64,000 nt of DNA from Octopus vulgaris (GCA_951406725.2 OX597836.1:41354001-41418000); one strand, 5' to 3'. Positions 42,578-55,242 are shown, numbered from the stretch's first letter. The notes: generated by a model from the letters alone, not told the origin. Numbers and translations: made by a program.

Positions 42578-42999
42578 GGTATATTTTCGCTTTGACCGGC
42601 AGTTTTTTCTAGCAGTGTCATATGAAATTGTCACCCATAATTATGACCCTAGTATCGATCTATTGCATTTCAATCTGTTTTAGAGTTAGGGTTAGGAGTG
42701 GGGGGGAGGGTAACTTTTTTTCTTCACAAATGTAAATAAACCCAATCTGTTTCTTAAACGAGGGACATATTCATACGGCACAGAATGTTTTCAACTCAAT
42801 AGACGTCATTGATTGGTTGAAATTGCAGAAATTGAAGAAAAAAAAAACAACAAATATCTTACAAACTATAGAATTTTCTCAATAAAGCCAAGAGAAAAAG
42901 ATGTTTTATAAACACATTCTACCAGTATACGAAGTTTAAAAGTGTTTAGTTACGTGGAAATTATTAAAAAAAAAATGCCGGTCAAACCGAAAAGATCCC
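42578..42999. mobile_element. MITE with ~30-bp TIRs and internal telomere-like TTAGGG
   Basis: Left end ggtatattttcgctttgaccggcagtttttt; right end reverse complement gggatcttttcggtttgaccggcattttttt; internal gttagggttagg. Confidence 0.75.
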
Positions 43000-43098
43000 A
43001 GTATAGTATATACAGGCCACGCAGCTACTAGTCCTCTCTGAAGTGACGAGTATCGTAACACCCGGCCTTGTTGCAGACTGACCATAAAGCCCAGGTAC

Positions 43099-43202
43099 TT
43101 TATTGGTCAGTATTTATATGTACTTTATGTACTTTGTTTTTGGTCCCTTTATTTTCATATTCCACAACTTGCCCCTCTTCTCTTTGCGCCCCTCTCTTTA
43201 TT
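43099..43202 (-). promoter_or_regulatory. Candidate polyadenylation signals of the follistatin-domain gene
   Basis: Three minus-strand AATAAA (tttatt at 43099, 43148, 43197) lie about 360-470 nt downstream of the stop codon. Confidence 0.5.
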
Positions 43203-43565
43203 GTTACTCCCACTATTCCTTTATCTTTTCTTATATCATTACCACAAGTAACGACACTCCCACCATCCTATTCCTCCTCTTTCCATCACTCTCAACCTTT
43301 GCTTCTCCTTCAACAATTCTCCCGCCTTCTCCTTTCCCACCTTACAACGCGTCTTCCCTCTCCACTTCTAATTCTCCCCACCCCCTTATCCTCTTCTTTA
43401 ATTCTCCTCTTTCTCTTTCCCATAATACTTTAACTCCACTCCCACCGTCTCTTGATTTCTCGCCCTCCCCTTCCTCATTCATTCACTACTACTCCTACTA
43501 CTACCCCAACTTCCTCTCACCTACTATTTCTCTTCCTCCCGCACTCCCCTTCCTCTTGCCGCACC

Positions 43566-43972
43566 TCAGAATCTCCGGTAGTCTCTCCAAACAGTATGTT
43601 CTCTCCTTCGCCTGTTCCTCTTCTTCGACTTCTTCCTCTGCCGACGCTTGTTTCTCTTCCTCTTCTTCCTCTTCTTCGTGTTCTTCGTGTTCTTCGATTT
43701 GTGCCACTGACTGGAACTTGGTGAGTCCTGGGTGGACGAAGGTCCGGCTATCTGGCACGAACCTTTGCTGACCACTCTTATTTTCCGGTCGGCTACACAA
43801 GCCGCCACTCTCATGTGACAACGTGATTTATAGGTGGTGAAGTCGTCACCACAAACCTCTCTTCGCCGACGTCGGCACATGTAGATACTTGGACACGAGC
43901 ACAGGGGAAGGCCCTGCAAATTTATCTTACACACCTTGAATTTCGGACATTTTACCTTCTCGCAGGCGTTAT
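43566..43972 (-). CDS. Terminal coding exon of a follistatin-domain (FOLN + Kazal) protein with a Lys/Arg-rich C-terminal tail
   Basis: A polypyrimidine tract and acceptor (ttctttattttcag|AT, phase 1) precede DNACEKVKCPKFKVCKINLQGLPLCSCPSIYMCRRRRREVCGDDFTTYKSRCHMRVAACVADRKIRVVSKGSC. This has 10 Cys in follistatin-module spacing and the Kazal VCG-D-x2-TY-x3-C motif. A basic tail follows, with TGA at 43566-43568. Upstream exons were not identified. Confidence 0.88.
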
Positions 43973-44019
43973 CTGAAAATAAAGAAAAAGAAACTATTAA
44001 AAACAAGAACAACAACAAC

Positions 44020-44402
44020 AATGAAATAACAAGGACTTCAAATTTTGGCACAGGGCCAGCAATATCGGGTGAGGGGATAGGTCGATTACACCGATCCTAA
44101 CATCAAATAGTACTTATTTTATCGACCCCGAAAGGATGAAAGCAAAGTCAACCTCGGCGGGTTTTGAACTCAACAACAATGAAATAACAAGGACTTCAAA
44201 TTTTGGCACAGGGCCAGCAATATCGGGTGAGGGGATAGGTCGATTACATCGACCCTAACATCAAATAGTACTTATTTTATCGACCCCGAAATGACGAAAG
44301 CAAAGTCGACCTCGGCGGATTTTGAACTCAAAACGTAAAGGCAGGTGAAATGCAGCTAAACATTTTGCCCGGCGTGCTAACGACTCTGCCAGCTCGGTTG
44401 CC
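44020..44402 (-). mobile_element. SINE family C-related with a different tail and a ~155-bp duplication
   Basis: The unit aacaatgaaataacaaggacttcaaattttggcacagggccag...ttttgaactca is present twice, just upstream of the exon acceptor. Confidence 0.8.
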
Positions 44403-44412
44403 TTGAATAAGA

Positions 44413-44485
44413 TACCGAAGCATAGTTCGAGATCTACGGACCTCTGGGTTATGGACCCAGTACGCTCTCACTGCACTACTCTGTT
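44413..44485 (-). pseudogene. Initiator tRNA-Met (CAT) pseudogene
   Basis: The minus strand aacagagtagtgcagtgagagcgtactgggtcCATaacccagaggtccgtagatctcgaactatgcttcggta aligns with eukaryotic tRNA-iMet (AGCAGAGTGGCGCAG..GAAGCGTGCTGGGCCCATAACCCAGAGGTC...GATCGAAAC). The acceptor and T arms are broken. Confidence 0.8.
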
Positions 44486-44489
44486 TCTC

Positions 44490-44545
<56 letters not shown>

Positions 44546-44577
44546 TGATGATGATGATGATGATAACAATAATAATA

Positions 44578-44622
<45 letters not shown>

Positions 44623-44719
44623 TGATGATGATGATAACAATAATAATAATATTATAATAATAATAACAATAATAACAATAATAATAATAATAATAATAAC
44701 GATAATAATAATAATAATA

Positions 44720-44783
<64 letters not shown>

Positions 44784-44850
44784 TAATAACAATAATAATA
44801 ATAATAATAATAATAACGATAATAATAATAATAACAACAATAACAACAAT

Positions 44851-44884
<34 letters not shown>

Positions 44885-44907
44885 GCAACAATAATAATAA
44901 TGATAAT

Positions 44908-45465
44908 AATGCCCTGATGCAGTACCAGGCAGTGGCTCTCATGGCTTCTGATCTTAACTGATTAGAAGTGTTATCATGTACATTGTTTTGTCTTGGTATA
45001 AAAGATGGGCTACAGCAAATATTCTGCTCAGTACCACAGATTTGCTTGTCAGTTGTTTGACCTTAACCAGTTGAGCATGTCCCTTTGTGGATGATGATAT
45101 GTGCATCTCTGATCACGAGTAGAAGTAGTGGGGGAGCATCATAGTCAAGTGTTGAGAGGGATTCTTTGGGGTTTGAATAATTCGCCTCTGAAAATATGAG
45201 TGTTTCGTTCAACATCCTTAAACAACCCTTATTCAGGGACATTTTGAGCGGAATGGGTTACTCGACCAGAAGAAAATTCTAAGTGGGCTCCACTAGCAAG
45301 GTCATATGCTGTTTATCTTGATATGAGATCACCATGTCGAGCACATATGGTTGTGATGCATGTGCCTGGTGTACTCTTATCAGACGGGTAGTCATGATGG
45401 GTATACTGGGTTTCGCATATTTTACCCCAGTGTCACTTTGGTGGCATGCACTGCTCTCTCACTCA
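44908..45465 (+). mobile_element. Non-coding retroelement 3' segment inserted in (AAT)n
   Basis: Bounded by (AAT)n on both sides. Its last ~190 bp recur at 46461-46651, also inside (AAT)n. Confidence 0.7.
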
Positions 45466-45496
45466 ATAATAATAATAATTATTATAATTTTTACTA

Positions 45497-45680
45497 TAGG
45501 CACAAGGCCTGAAATTTGGGGGAAGGGGGCCAGTCGATTACATCGACCCCAGCGTTCAACTGATCCTTATTTCATCGATCCCGAAAGGATGAAAGACAAA
45601 GTTGACCTCAGCGGAATTTGAACTCAGAACGTAAGTCAGATGATTGCCACTAAGCATTTTGTCCGGCAAGCGATTCTAGC
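45497..45680 (-). mobile_element. SINE family C-related, diverged
   Basis: Core cccgaaaggatgaaagacaaagttgacctc..cggaatttgaactcagaac. Confidence 0.7.
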
Positions 45681-45682
45681 AA

Positions 45683-45775
<93 letters not shown>

Positions 45776-45819
45776 TTATAATAATAACAACAATAACAAT
45801 AACAACAACAACGATAATG

Positions 45820-45882
<63 letters not shown>

Positions 45883-45883
<1 letters not shown>

Positions 45884-46387
45884 GGCCAGACATCATAGTG
45901 AAAGACTTCTGACAAAAAACATGCCTCCTCATTGATATGACTGTCCCAATCGATATAAACGTATCTGTCAAGACCTACCAAAAACTGAGCAGGTATAAAG
46001 ATCTTGAAATAGAAATCAGCAAAATGTGGAACCTGAAGATTAAAACAATACCTGTTGTCATAGGTGCCCTGGGAATGATAGAAAAAGGGGCTGATTGCTA
46101 CCTAACTCAGATACCAGGAAACCTCAAAATGGCAGAAATTCAAAAGATAGTGCTCATGGGAACTGCTCATACCCTACGCAAAATACTTTCTTTGTAATCT
46201 CAAGTTTTAAAACAAACATAATTTTCGTATAGTTTTTTAGGCATTCACTAGTACAACACTAAGTACAAAATCAAATATATGGCACCCTAGGCATAACACC
46301 AACATGAACTTCCAACTTGGTGTCTCTTGAGGTTTCTGGGTGAGACTTGGAGCCAGCTTGTGCAAATGTAAAGCAAAAGTCAAAATA

Positions 46388-46390
<3 letters not shown>
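45883..46390 (+). mobile_element. 5'-truncated R4/Dong-like non-LTR element (restriction-like endonuclease C-terminus + 3' UTR) inserted in (AAT)n
   Basis: Reads RPDIIVKDF*QKTCLLIDMTVP..KLSRYKDLEIEISKMW..TIPVVIGALG..IQKIVLMGTAHTLRKIL. (AAT)n flanks both sides. Confidence 0.85.
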
Positions 46391-46460
<70 letters not shown>

Positions 46461-46464
<4 letters not shown>

Positions 46465-46651
46465 TCTAACTGGGCCCCACCTGCAAGGTCATGTGCTGTT
46501 TATCTTGATATGAGATCACCATGTCGCGCACATATGGTTGTGATGCATGTGCCTGGTGTACCTTTATCAGACGGGTAGTCATGATGGGTATATTGGGCTT
46601 CGTATATTTTACCCCAGTGTCACTTTGATGGCATGCACTGCTCTCCCACTC
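46461..46651 (+). mobile_element. More 5'-truncated copy of the 44908-45465 element
   Basis: aaattctaa.tgggc.ccac..gcaaggtcat...gcatgcactgctctc.cactc followed by an (AAT)n tail. Confidence 0.75.
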
Positions 46652-46664
46652 AATAATAATAATA

Positions 46665-46829
46665 GGCGCAGGAGTGGCTGTGTGGTAAGTAGCTTGCTAA
46701 CCAACCACATGGTTCCGGGTTCAGTCCCACTGCGTGGCATCTTGGGCAAGTGTCTTCTGCTATAACCCCGGGCCGACCAATGCCTTGTGAGTGGATTTGG
46801 TAGACGGAAACTGAAAGAATCCTGTCGTA

Positions 46830-46860
<31 letters not shown>

Positions 46861-47100
46861 GCGTGTGTGTGTGTATCTGTGTGTGTGTTTGTGTGTCTGT
46901 GTTTGTCTCCCTAGCATTGCTTGGCAACCGATGCTGGTGTGTTTACGTCCCCGTCATTTAGCGGTTCGGCAAAAGAGACCAATAGAATAAGTACTGGGCT
47001 TACAAAGAATAAGTCCCAGGGTCGATTTGCTCGACTAAAGGCGGTGCTCCAGCATGGCTGTAGTCAAATGACTGAAACAAGTAAAAGAGTAAAAAGAGTA
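46665..47100 (+). mobile_element. SINE family A, full length
   Basis: Family A head and tail. Confidence 0.9.
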
Positions 47101-47741
47101 ATAATAATAATAATGTCGCCACTATCACCAACACCATCACCGTCCCCCCACCACCGCCACTATCACCGCTACCACCACCACCACCACCACTACCACCACC
47201 AACAACAATAACCACAACGATTACTAAGAAAAAAAACTACCAGTACCATCACACCATAATCCTACAACTCTGCTATCATCATCACCACCACCACCACCAC
47301 CACCACCACCACCACCACCACCACAACCACCACCACAACCACCACCACCACTACCACAATTACACTCCTCCCAACACCAACACAAATACCACTGTCACCA
47401 CCACCACTACAAATATTGTCACCGCCAAAAGAGACAAGAAAGCGATAAATTTATGGGCATCAAGATGAATTTAACCGACAATTAAATATGTCAAGCATTA
47501 ACAGAGAAAAATGGCTGTTAAGGTTTTAGAGCGATTTGCCATCTAATGAAGATGGCGGCTGCTGTTTGGTGATGGGAGATGGCGGTCGGTGGTTGGTCGT
47601 TGGCGGGGGGGGGGGGCGGACATTGATCGACAAATAATTATAGATGCTGGAAACGGGTAGTAGTAAATTGGGAAACGCGTAGAATGCATCAAGTATACAC
47701 ACACACACACATACAAATATATATGTATATGTATATATATG

Positions 47742-47816
<75 letters not shown>

Positions 47817-47852
47817 ATATAACATATACATAAATATATATACACATATATA

Positions 47853-47908
<56 letters not shown>

Positions 47909-47930
47909 TACACATATATGTAATACATAT

Positions 47931-47993
<63 letters not shown>

Positions 47994-48329
47994 CTTACTA
48001 ATAACAACCTTTGTTTTGTCAAATCACTCGTTTTGTCTGTCTAGTCTTTGCTCATTATCTAATCACTATCTATCTATCTATCTGTCGATCGATCAATCTA
48101 TCAATCCAACAGTCTCTCTCCCTCTCTGTGTACATTCATACATTCATACATACATACATAGTACGTATGTCTACATTTAGCAAAAGTGCCTGCTACCTTA
48201 ATCGCTGTCATTTAGAGGCTCATCAACGCATGGGCAACAATTCTTACACTTATAACTGAGAGCGGAACGTTCTTTTCCTATGTTATAAATATCTCAAAGT
48301 GATAGTCTTTCTCTACTTCTGCCCAAGTC

Positions 48330-48500
48330 CATCCCCTCCTCACCGTGGTGGAGACTCTGGCAACGAGTAGTGTCAGAGCTATGCCGTCGGTAACTTCGGT
48401 TCCTGGTAGGGCCACCCAAGGCGGATTGGTCTGACACCTAGTGGTATTATGGCCACAACCCGGCAGACGGGGCTCTGGTGAAAATCCTCGGAGTGTCTGT
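48330..48500 (+). mobile_element. Possible RTE (Expander/Rex3-like) 5' UTR fragment
   Basis: GC-rich cgtggtggag...gagctatgccg...cctggtagggccacccaaggcgga recalls RTE 5' UTR motifs. This rests on recognition only. Confidence 0.35.
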
Positions 48501-48721
48501 TTCGGCAACCGGCGGCTCCTCGGTCGTTCTGTCCCTGCGTCTGCGGACAATCTGCGGCAAACAGGATGTCTTCACATGCGGGATTGTTGGGGACCGCTTG
48601 TGAAATTCATATTCCCACGAAACTTCTTCCACTGCCATGGTTCGAGATGCCTCGAGGGTGGTGGAAGAAGCCGACTCAACCCGCCCAGGGTAAATGTACT
48701 CCTCTTACAACAAGACAATAC

Positions 48722-48926
48722 CCACAATGCATTTTTAGTACCAGTGCTGGTTCCAACATTTGAGATACTTGACTGGTCTGTAGAAGAAATCCACTCCAAT
48801 GACGTTAAAACCAGCGAGATACTAACATTAACTGGTAACCGCCACGAAAATAGTGATAGAGGCGGGCTCTATCTCAGAAGAAATAAAAGAAGTGGAGGCT
48901 TGAGATCAGTGCAGATAGAGCTATAA
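48722..48926 (+). mobile_element. Decayed R4/Dong-like RT thumb fragment
   Basis: HNAFLVPVLVPTFEILDWSVEEIHSNDVKTSEILTLTGNRHENSDRGGLYLRRNKRSGGLRSV resembles the R4/Dong VPVL..FG...W......D.KTRK.L....H..S...RLYL.R..GG.GL motif. Confidence 0.65.
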
Positions 48927-49219
48927 TCCAGGACGTGTCCTCTTGAAAAATATCTTGTTTATTCCAGGACTTGTTTTCTTTGTATCATCTATCTGGATGT
49001 TTTGTTGCTTCTTTCTTGTATCACCTAACTGTCTGAATGTTTTGCGTTCTCGTCCCATTTTGTGTGTGTGTGTGTATATATATATATACACAAAATATAT
49101 TTATTTATATGTATTTTTTATTTACTGATATATAAATATATTTGTTAATATATAAATATATATGCATAAATATCATACACTCACGTGCGTGTTAGTGCGT
49201 GTGTATAATATACATACGT

Positions 49220-49615
49220 ATCCTTTTCTTATTCTTTCATTCTTTTACATGTTTCTGTCATTTGACTGCGGCAACGCTGAAGCATCGCTTTAAAGGGTTT
49301 TAGTCGAAGAAATCGACCCAAGGACTTTGTAAGCCTAGAACTTATTCTTTCGGACTCTTGCTGAACTGCAAAGATACGGGGGCGTAAATACATCAACATT
49401 GGTTGCTAAGCGATGGTTGGGTTGAGGTGTGGGACAAACAATATAAACATACGACGGGCTTCTTTCAGTTTCCGTCTACCAAATCTATTCACATGGCTCT
49501 GATCGGCCCGAGGCTATAGTAGAAGACCCTTGGCCAAGGTACCACGCAATAGGACTGAACCTGGAATCAAGCGGTTGGGAAGCAAGCATCTCGCCATACA
49601 ATTATGCTTGCACCC
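49220..49615 (-). mobile_element. SINE family A, older diverged copy
   Basis: Recognisable but with many substitutions. Confidence 0.75.
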
Positions 49616-49624
49616 ATGTGTATA

Positions 49625-49700
<76 letters not shown>

Positions 49701-49702
<2 letters not shown>

Positions 49703-50110
49703 GAGCAAAACGCCTCCCGTCCAATGGACGGTGCTGAGTTGTCAAACATTTAAACCAAATTTTCTCAAAACAACTTGTCCGACCGTCCCATAGGCCCCCT
49801 CCTTTGAGAAATACTGATTTAAACTAAATTTGAGACTGCAGGAAAAGAAGAAATAAGGATAGACTTTTTCTCGCGTACGCGTAGTATCGATCGCAACAGT
49901 TGATGTACTTGGGCGTACAAATGCACGTTTCCACGGCTTTATCGATCGCATTCTCACCTGGAATCAATTTTTGTAATTTTTTCAAGACGTATACATGCCC
50001 TGATACCGTCGGTATCTACAAATCAAATTTGAGCGCAATCGGATGGAGGATGCCCGAGATCCTAGAAGACACACGCACAGACAGACAGAACGGATTTTTA
50101 TATAATATAC
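49701..50110 (-). mobile_element. Non-autonomous Helitron-like element
   Basis: The minus strand begins tatattatataaaaatccgttctgtctgtctgtg and ends with the hairpin ccgtcc-att-ggacgg about 11 nt before CTCG|T. Confidence 0.6.
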
Positions 50111-50187
50111 ATATATATGTGACCGCGTGTGTACCATTGGCGATTTTTTTACTCCGTCTTCCTTTCCTTGGATGTTTCTTTTTCCTG

Positions 50188-50222
50188 TGTTTCTGACGAA
50201 GAGCTCCGCTCGAAACGTTAAT
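50188..50222 (+). ncRNA. Minimal type I hammerhead motif
   Basis: CUGACGA a gagc-tcc-gctc GAAA cg UU aa. Confidence 0.65.
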
Positions 50223-50509
50223 TCTTCCTTCTTTCTTTCCTTTCCTGAGCTTCCAATAACACTATACTTGTTCCACGTCCCCGCGTTGTTGTTTTCTCTT
50301 TGTGTTTTCATGTTTGGATTAACTATATATATATATATTACCTTCGAAACACGCATTGAGTCGAACCAGGGACAGCAGATGAAGGGGAATATTCCTCGTA
50401 TTGTTTGTCTTGTACTCTGTTTTTTCGTTGTTAAAAACAGTCCGTTTCCTAGTTTGTTTTTATGTTTTCGTTTCTCGTTGAGTTCTACGTTTATTTGTGG
50501 TGTCTTGTA

Positions 50510-50557
<48 letters not shown>

Positions 50558-50595
50558 GGTATGTAGAAAAATACAACATGGACAAGAACGTATAA

Positions 50596-50631
<36 letters not shown>

Positions 50632-50709
50632 GCATGTATATATACATGTAGATGAAGGTACGTACATACGTACATACGTATGTATGCATATATTTTATTT
50701 ATTAAATTA

Positions 50710-50798
<89 letters not shown>

Positions 50799-51306
50799 AT
50801 ATATATACATATATATACTATGCATATCTATATATCTGTCTGTCTATCTGTGTGTGTGTGTGTGTGTGTGTGTACTTTAAGTAAGTAAAGCGATTCACTG
50901 AGAATTGTATTACTTGTACCACAGAAGTGAGGAAAACATACTTAATCGTTCGAATGCTTGGTTCTGCATACATAGGCAGATTATACATACGTGTAGAGAC
51001 ATGTATAGACATCAACGGGTGTGTATATATGTAAGTTTATGTGTGTATGTAAGCATTATATACATACATATATATATATATATAAATACATAGACACACA
51101 GAGAAATACATATATATGTATGTATATATTTCCTCGTGTGTATGTATATATATATATATATACCTTTATACATATGCATACATATGTGTGTGTGTGTGTG
51201 TGTACATAATACATGTATGTGTAGATGTGTTTCTGTATAGAGAGGGAGTTGGGGGGGACGAAGTTGTAGTTTGCTCGAAGCATTGCGAATAATTACGCGC
51301 GCGCAA

Positions 51307-51344
<38 letters not shown>

Positions 51345-51406
51345 TACACACACACATACACACACATACACACACATATACACACACACATACATATATA
51401 TACACA

Positions 51407-51471
<65 letters not shown>

Positions 51472-51894
51472 ACCCGCAGTCAACCAGTCCGCCCCCCCCC
51501 CCCCACCCCCCTCTAAAAAAAAAACTTTTTCGATACGATAACTAGCTGCTAGTCCCCTGCTTGTGACATTAACTGAAACAAGATTAACATCTGTCTGGAC
51601 CGTCCCTCCCTCTGTCTCCCCCACTCTCTCTCTTCTCTCTCTCTCTCTCTCTCTCCCCTCCTCCCCCCCTCTCTCTCTCTTTCGTACATAGTTTGTGTTC
51701 CTTATTAACTGCTCCCACGAAAAAAACCATCTGTAATAACACACTGCTCCGCCGTTTCTATATCATCTGTCAGTACTTCGACTAAGTGGGCCAGCGGTTT
51801 CGCTTCCAACTAGTGGCGAGGTCACAACTCGATAATGATAAACATATTTACCTCTTTTGCTAGAGAACTCCATCCTCCACTCCATTCCCACACA

Positions 51895-51934
51895 CACACA
51901 CTCTCTCTCTCTCTCTCTCTCACTCGTATGTCTT

Positions 51935-51972
<38 letters not shown>

Positions 51973-52539
51973 ACTCGTATGTCTGTCTCCCCCCTCTCTC
52001 TCTCTCTCACTCGTATGTCTTTCCCTCTCTCTCTCTCTCTATCTCCTCTTTCTCTCTCGGTCTCTCCCTCCTTTTATCTCCTGTCTCTCACTTTTGTCTG
52101 TCTCCCCTCTCTCTGTCTCCTTTCTCTCTCAGTCTCTCTCTCCCTCTTTCTCTCTCTCTCCCTCCTTTTATCTCCTGTCTCTCACATTTGGCTGTCTCCC
52201 CTCTCTCTCTCTCCACCTCCCTGTCTCTGTCTCTGTCTGTCTGCCTGCCTCCCTTTCTCTCTCTCTCCCTCCGTCCGTCTGTCTGTCTGTCTCTCTCTCC
52301 TCTCTCTCCCTTTCTCTCTCTCTCCCTTTCTTTCTCTCTCTCTCTCCCTTTCTTTTTCTCTCCCTCTCTGTATCTCTCCTTCTCTCTCTCTCTCTTACTC
52401 CCTCTCTCTTACCCCCTCTCTCTCTCCCTGTCTCCGTATCTCACTTCAAACGTTTTTTTCCCCCTCTGTCACCATGTCTCTTCAGCTGAATCTGTTATTT
52501 ATTCATCGGGTAGTTTCGATTTCCGAGAAAATATCAAAT

Positions 52540-52579
<40 letters not shown>

Positions 52580-52600
52580 TATTCTTGCCCCCCTCTCTCT

Positions 52601-52651
<51 letters not shown>

Positions 52652-52700
52652 ATCCACAATACACACACACACAATCCACAATACACACACACACACACCA
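51895..52700. repeat. (CT)n-rich polypyrimidine tract with (CA)n
   Basis: Read directly. Confidence 0.9.
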
Positions 52701-52821
52701 CACATATTTCAAAAGTGTGTTAGAAAGCACAACTCGTTGCTAAAAGGTTAGGGCTTTAACAGATTCACTCTCCACTTCTACATTACACGCAGCAAGAGCA
52801 TAACCACCATCATACCGTTCT

Positions 52822-52899
<78 letters not shown>

Positions 52900-53057
52900 G
52901 TCTGTCTGTCTGTCTATCTATATCTATCTATCTATCTGTCTGTCTGTCTGTCTGAATATCACTGTTCTAAATGGAATTTTGGTGAATTACCTATTTGAGA
53001 CACTCAGACCGCATACCTGTTAGTTCGGGATACCTTGACCTAAATTCCTCATATCTT

Positions 53058-53129
<72 letters not shown>

Positions 53130-53745
53130 AACAATGATAAATATCAGAGTGAGTTATCAACAGTAGCAGAAACACATCGTGATGTAAATATGCCATTTGA
53201 ATATGGCTAACCCCTAAGGGTGGATGCTACTGTAGTTTTTAGCCCCAGGAAGACATCTCCTCCAGCTGGCTATAGACACACTTTCTGTGTCCTATCAGTA
53301 TTTGCAAAGGGAAGCCATCCTTCCCGTCTTCAACTTAACCTCCTTCCTATGGACAACTGTGATTGTCACACGCTGATGATAGGTCAATACCTTGAAACTC
53401 GGGTCCGTGGGTATCAAATGACTGAAACAAGTAAAAGAGTAAAGATATATATATATATGCGAGGGACTCTCCCGTTGTTAGACGAAGTATGACGGTTCGA
53501 CAAATTCTTACACAGATGATTCGTTTATAGTGATCAAATGTTTTGTGTAGAGTAAAACTCACTCTCTCCACCAAATCGACATTACCTGTACAGGTGCAAC
53601 GGGTGCCATATGCCAGATGCCGAAATGATCGCAGAGCAACGCGAAATGAAGTGCTTTGCTCAAGAACACAACACAACGCAATGCCCGCTCTGGGAATCGA
53701 ACCCACGACCTCGCAATCGTGTGCGCAACACACTAACCACTTTTT

Positions 53746-54132
53746 GGATTGGAAGCACTCCGTCGGTTACGACGACGAGGGTTCCGGTTGATCCGATCAA
53801 CGGAACAGCTTGCTCGTGAAATTAACGTGTAAGTGGCTGAGCACTCCACAGACACGTGTACCCTTAACGTAGTTCTCGGGGATATTCAGCGTGACACAGA
53901 GAGTGACAAGGCCGGCCCTTTGAAATACAGGTACAACAGAAACAGGAAGTAAGAGTGAGAGAAAGTTGTGGTGAAAGAGTACAGCAGGGATCACCACCAT
54001 CCCTGCCGGAGCGTCGTGGAGCTTTAGGTGTTTTCGCTCAATAAACACTCACAACGCCCGGTCTGGGAATCGAAACCGCGATCCTACGACCGCGAGTCCG
54101 CTGCCCTAACCACTGGGCCATTGCGCCTCCAC
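53746..54132 (-). mobile_element. SINE family B, tail type 2, nested in an older SINE head
   Basis: A 12-bp TSD acactaaccact (53730-53741 and 54134-54145) lies inside an older tRNA-SINE at about 53620-54150. Confidence 0.9.
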
Positions 54133-54259
54133 TACACTAACCACTAAGCCATACATAAATGTATGGCGGTGATATTGCGTCAGGCAGAATGCTTGGCGAT
54201 ATCCGTACCAGCTTTGTTCAGCAAAATTTTAATTCCTGAACTGCAACATCTGTCCTTTT

Positions 54260-54567
54260 GTGGAGGCACATGGCCTATTGGTTAGGGCAACGGACTCGCG
54301 GTCGAGGGATCGCGGGTTCGAATCTGAGACCGGGCGATGTGTGTGTTTATGAGCGAAACACCTAAGCTCCACGCGGCTCCGGCAGAAGGTAATGGCGAAC
54401 TTCTGCTGACTCTTTCGCCACAACTTTCTCTCACTCTTTCCTCCTGCATCTTGCAGCTCACCTGTGACGGACCGGCGTCCTGTCCAGGTGGGAAACCTAT
54501 ACGCCAAGGAAACCGTGAAACCGGCCCTTATGAGCCAGGCGTGGCTCGAGAAGGAACAAACAACAAC
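54260..54567 (+). mobile_element. SINE family B-related, tail type 4
   Basis: Diverged B head; tail cacctgtgacggaccggcgtcctgtccaggtgg...gctcgagaaggaa followed by (caa)n. Confidence 0.8.
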
Positions 54568-54785
54568 GTCTGTCCTTTCAGGTTTGATAAAGGCAGTCCG
54601 GCATCAGTAATGTGTTGGTACATCTTTCTAACTTTCTCGTTTCCTTTCGAAGGAATTGGCTGAGTTCAGGCCCGGGTGGTATGAAAAATGACCAATGCTC
54701 ACCGTATAGAACCCCGTGCCGATATCACAAAACCAGGAATGGCAAACGCAGAATGCGTCACATGTTTGTTCATAAAACTCTTAGG

Positions 54786-55004
54786 CAGTGGTTTTCAACC
54801 AGGGTTCCCCGGAACCTTAGGGTTCCGCCAGTACAGTCCAAGGGTTCCGCAAGAAGTTACAAAACTGCTAAAATCGGAAGTAATTTTTAATTCTGCTGTG
54901 CAGATATGTGTGCATAAAACTATTAAATTATTGCACAGGGGTTCCTCGAGCCAGTGGAATGTTCCCTTGGGGTTCCACTCCAGCAAAAAGTTTGAAAAGC
55001 ACTG
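54786..55004 (+). mobile_element. hAT-type MITE
   Basis: Same TIRs; 8-bp TSD ctcttagg/ctctaagg. Confidence 0.9.
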
Positions 55005-55242
55005 CTCTAAGGAATAATAGTTCCTCAATTTAACGAAAAAAAAAAAAAGAGCTGGTGGATATTTGGTGCAAGCGGTCTGCGCATTTACTGCAAAAATAAG
55101 AGTTGTGGGTTCGATTGCCACGCGTACTAATACCCATTTTTTCCGTCGAGGGCTTATATACCCCAATATTAGACTATTTTCTATAGCCAATATATGGTAA
55201 ACGCGTTTGAAATTATAATTATATTTACAGAATGTATATATA

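Noticed and set aside
42685-42697. Telomeric TTAGGG
   Set aside because: There are only two units, internal to a MITE; this is not an interstitial telomere array.
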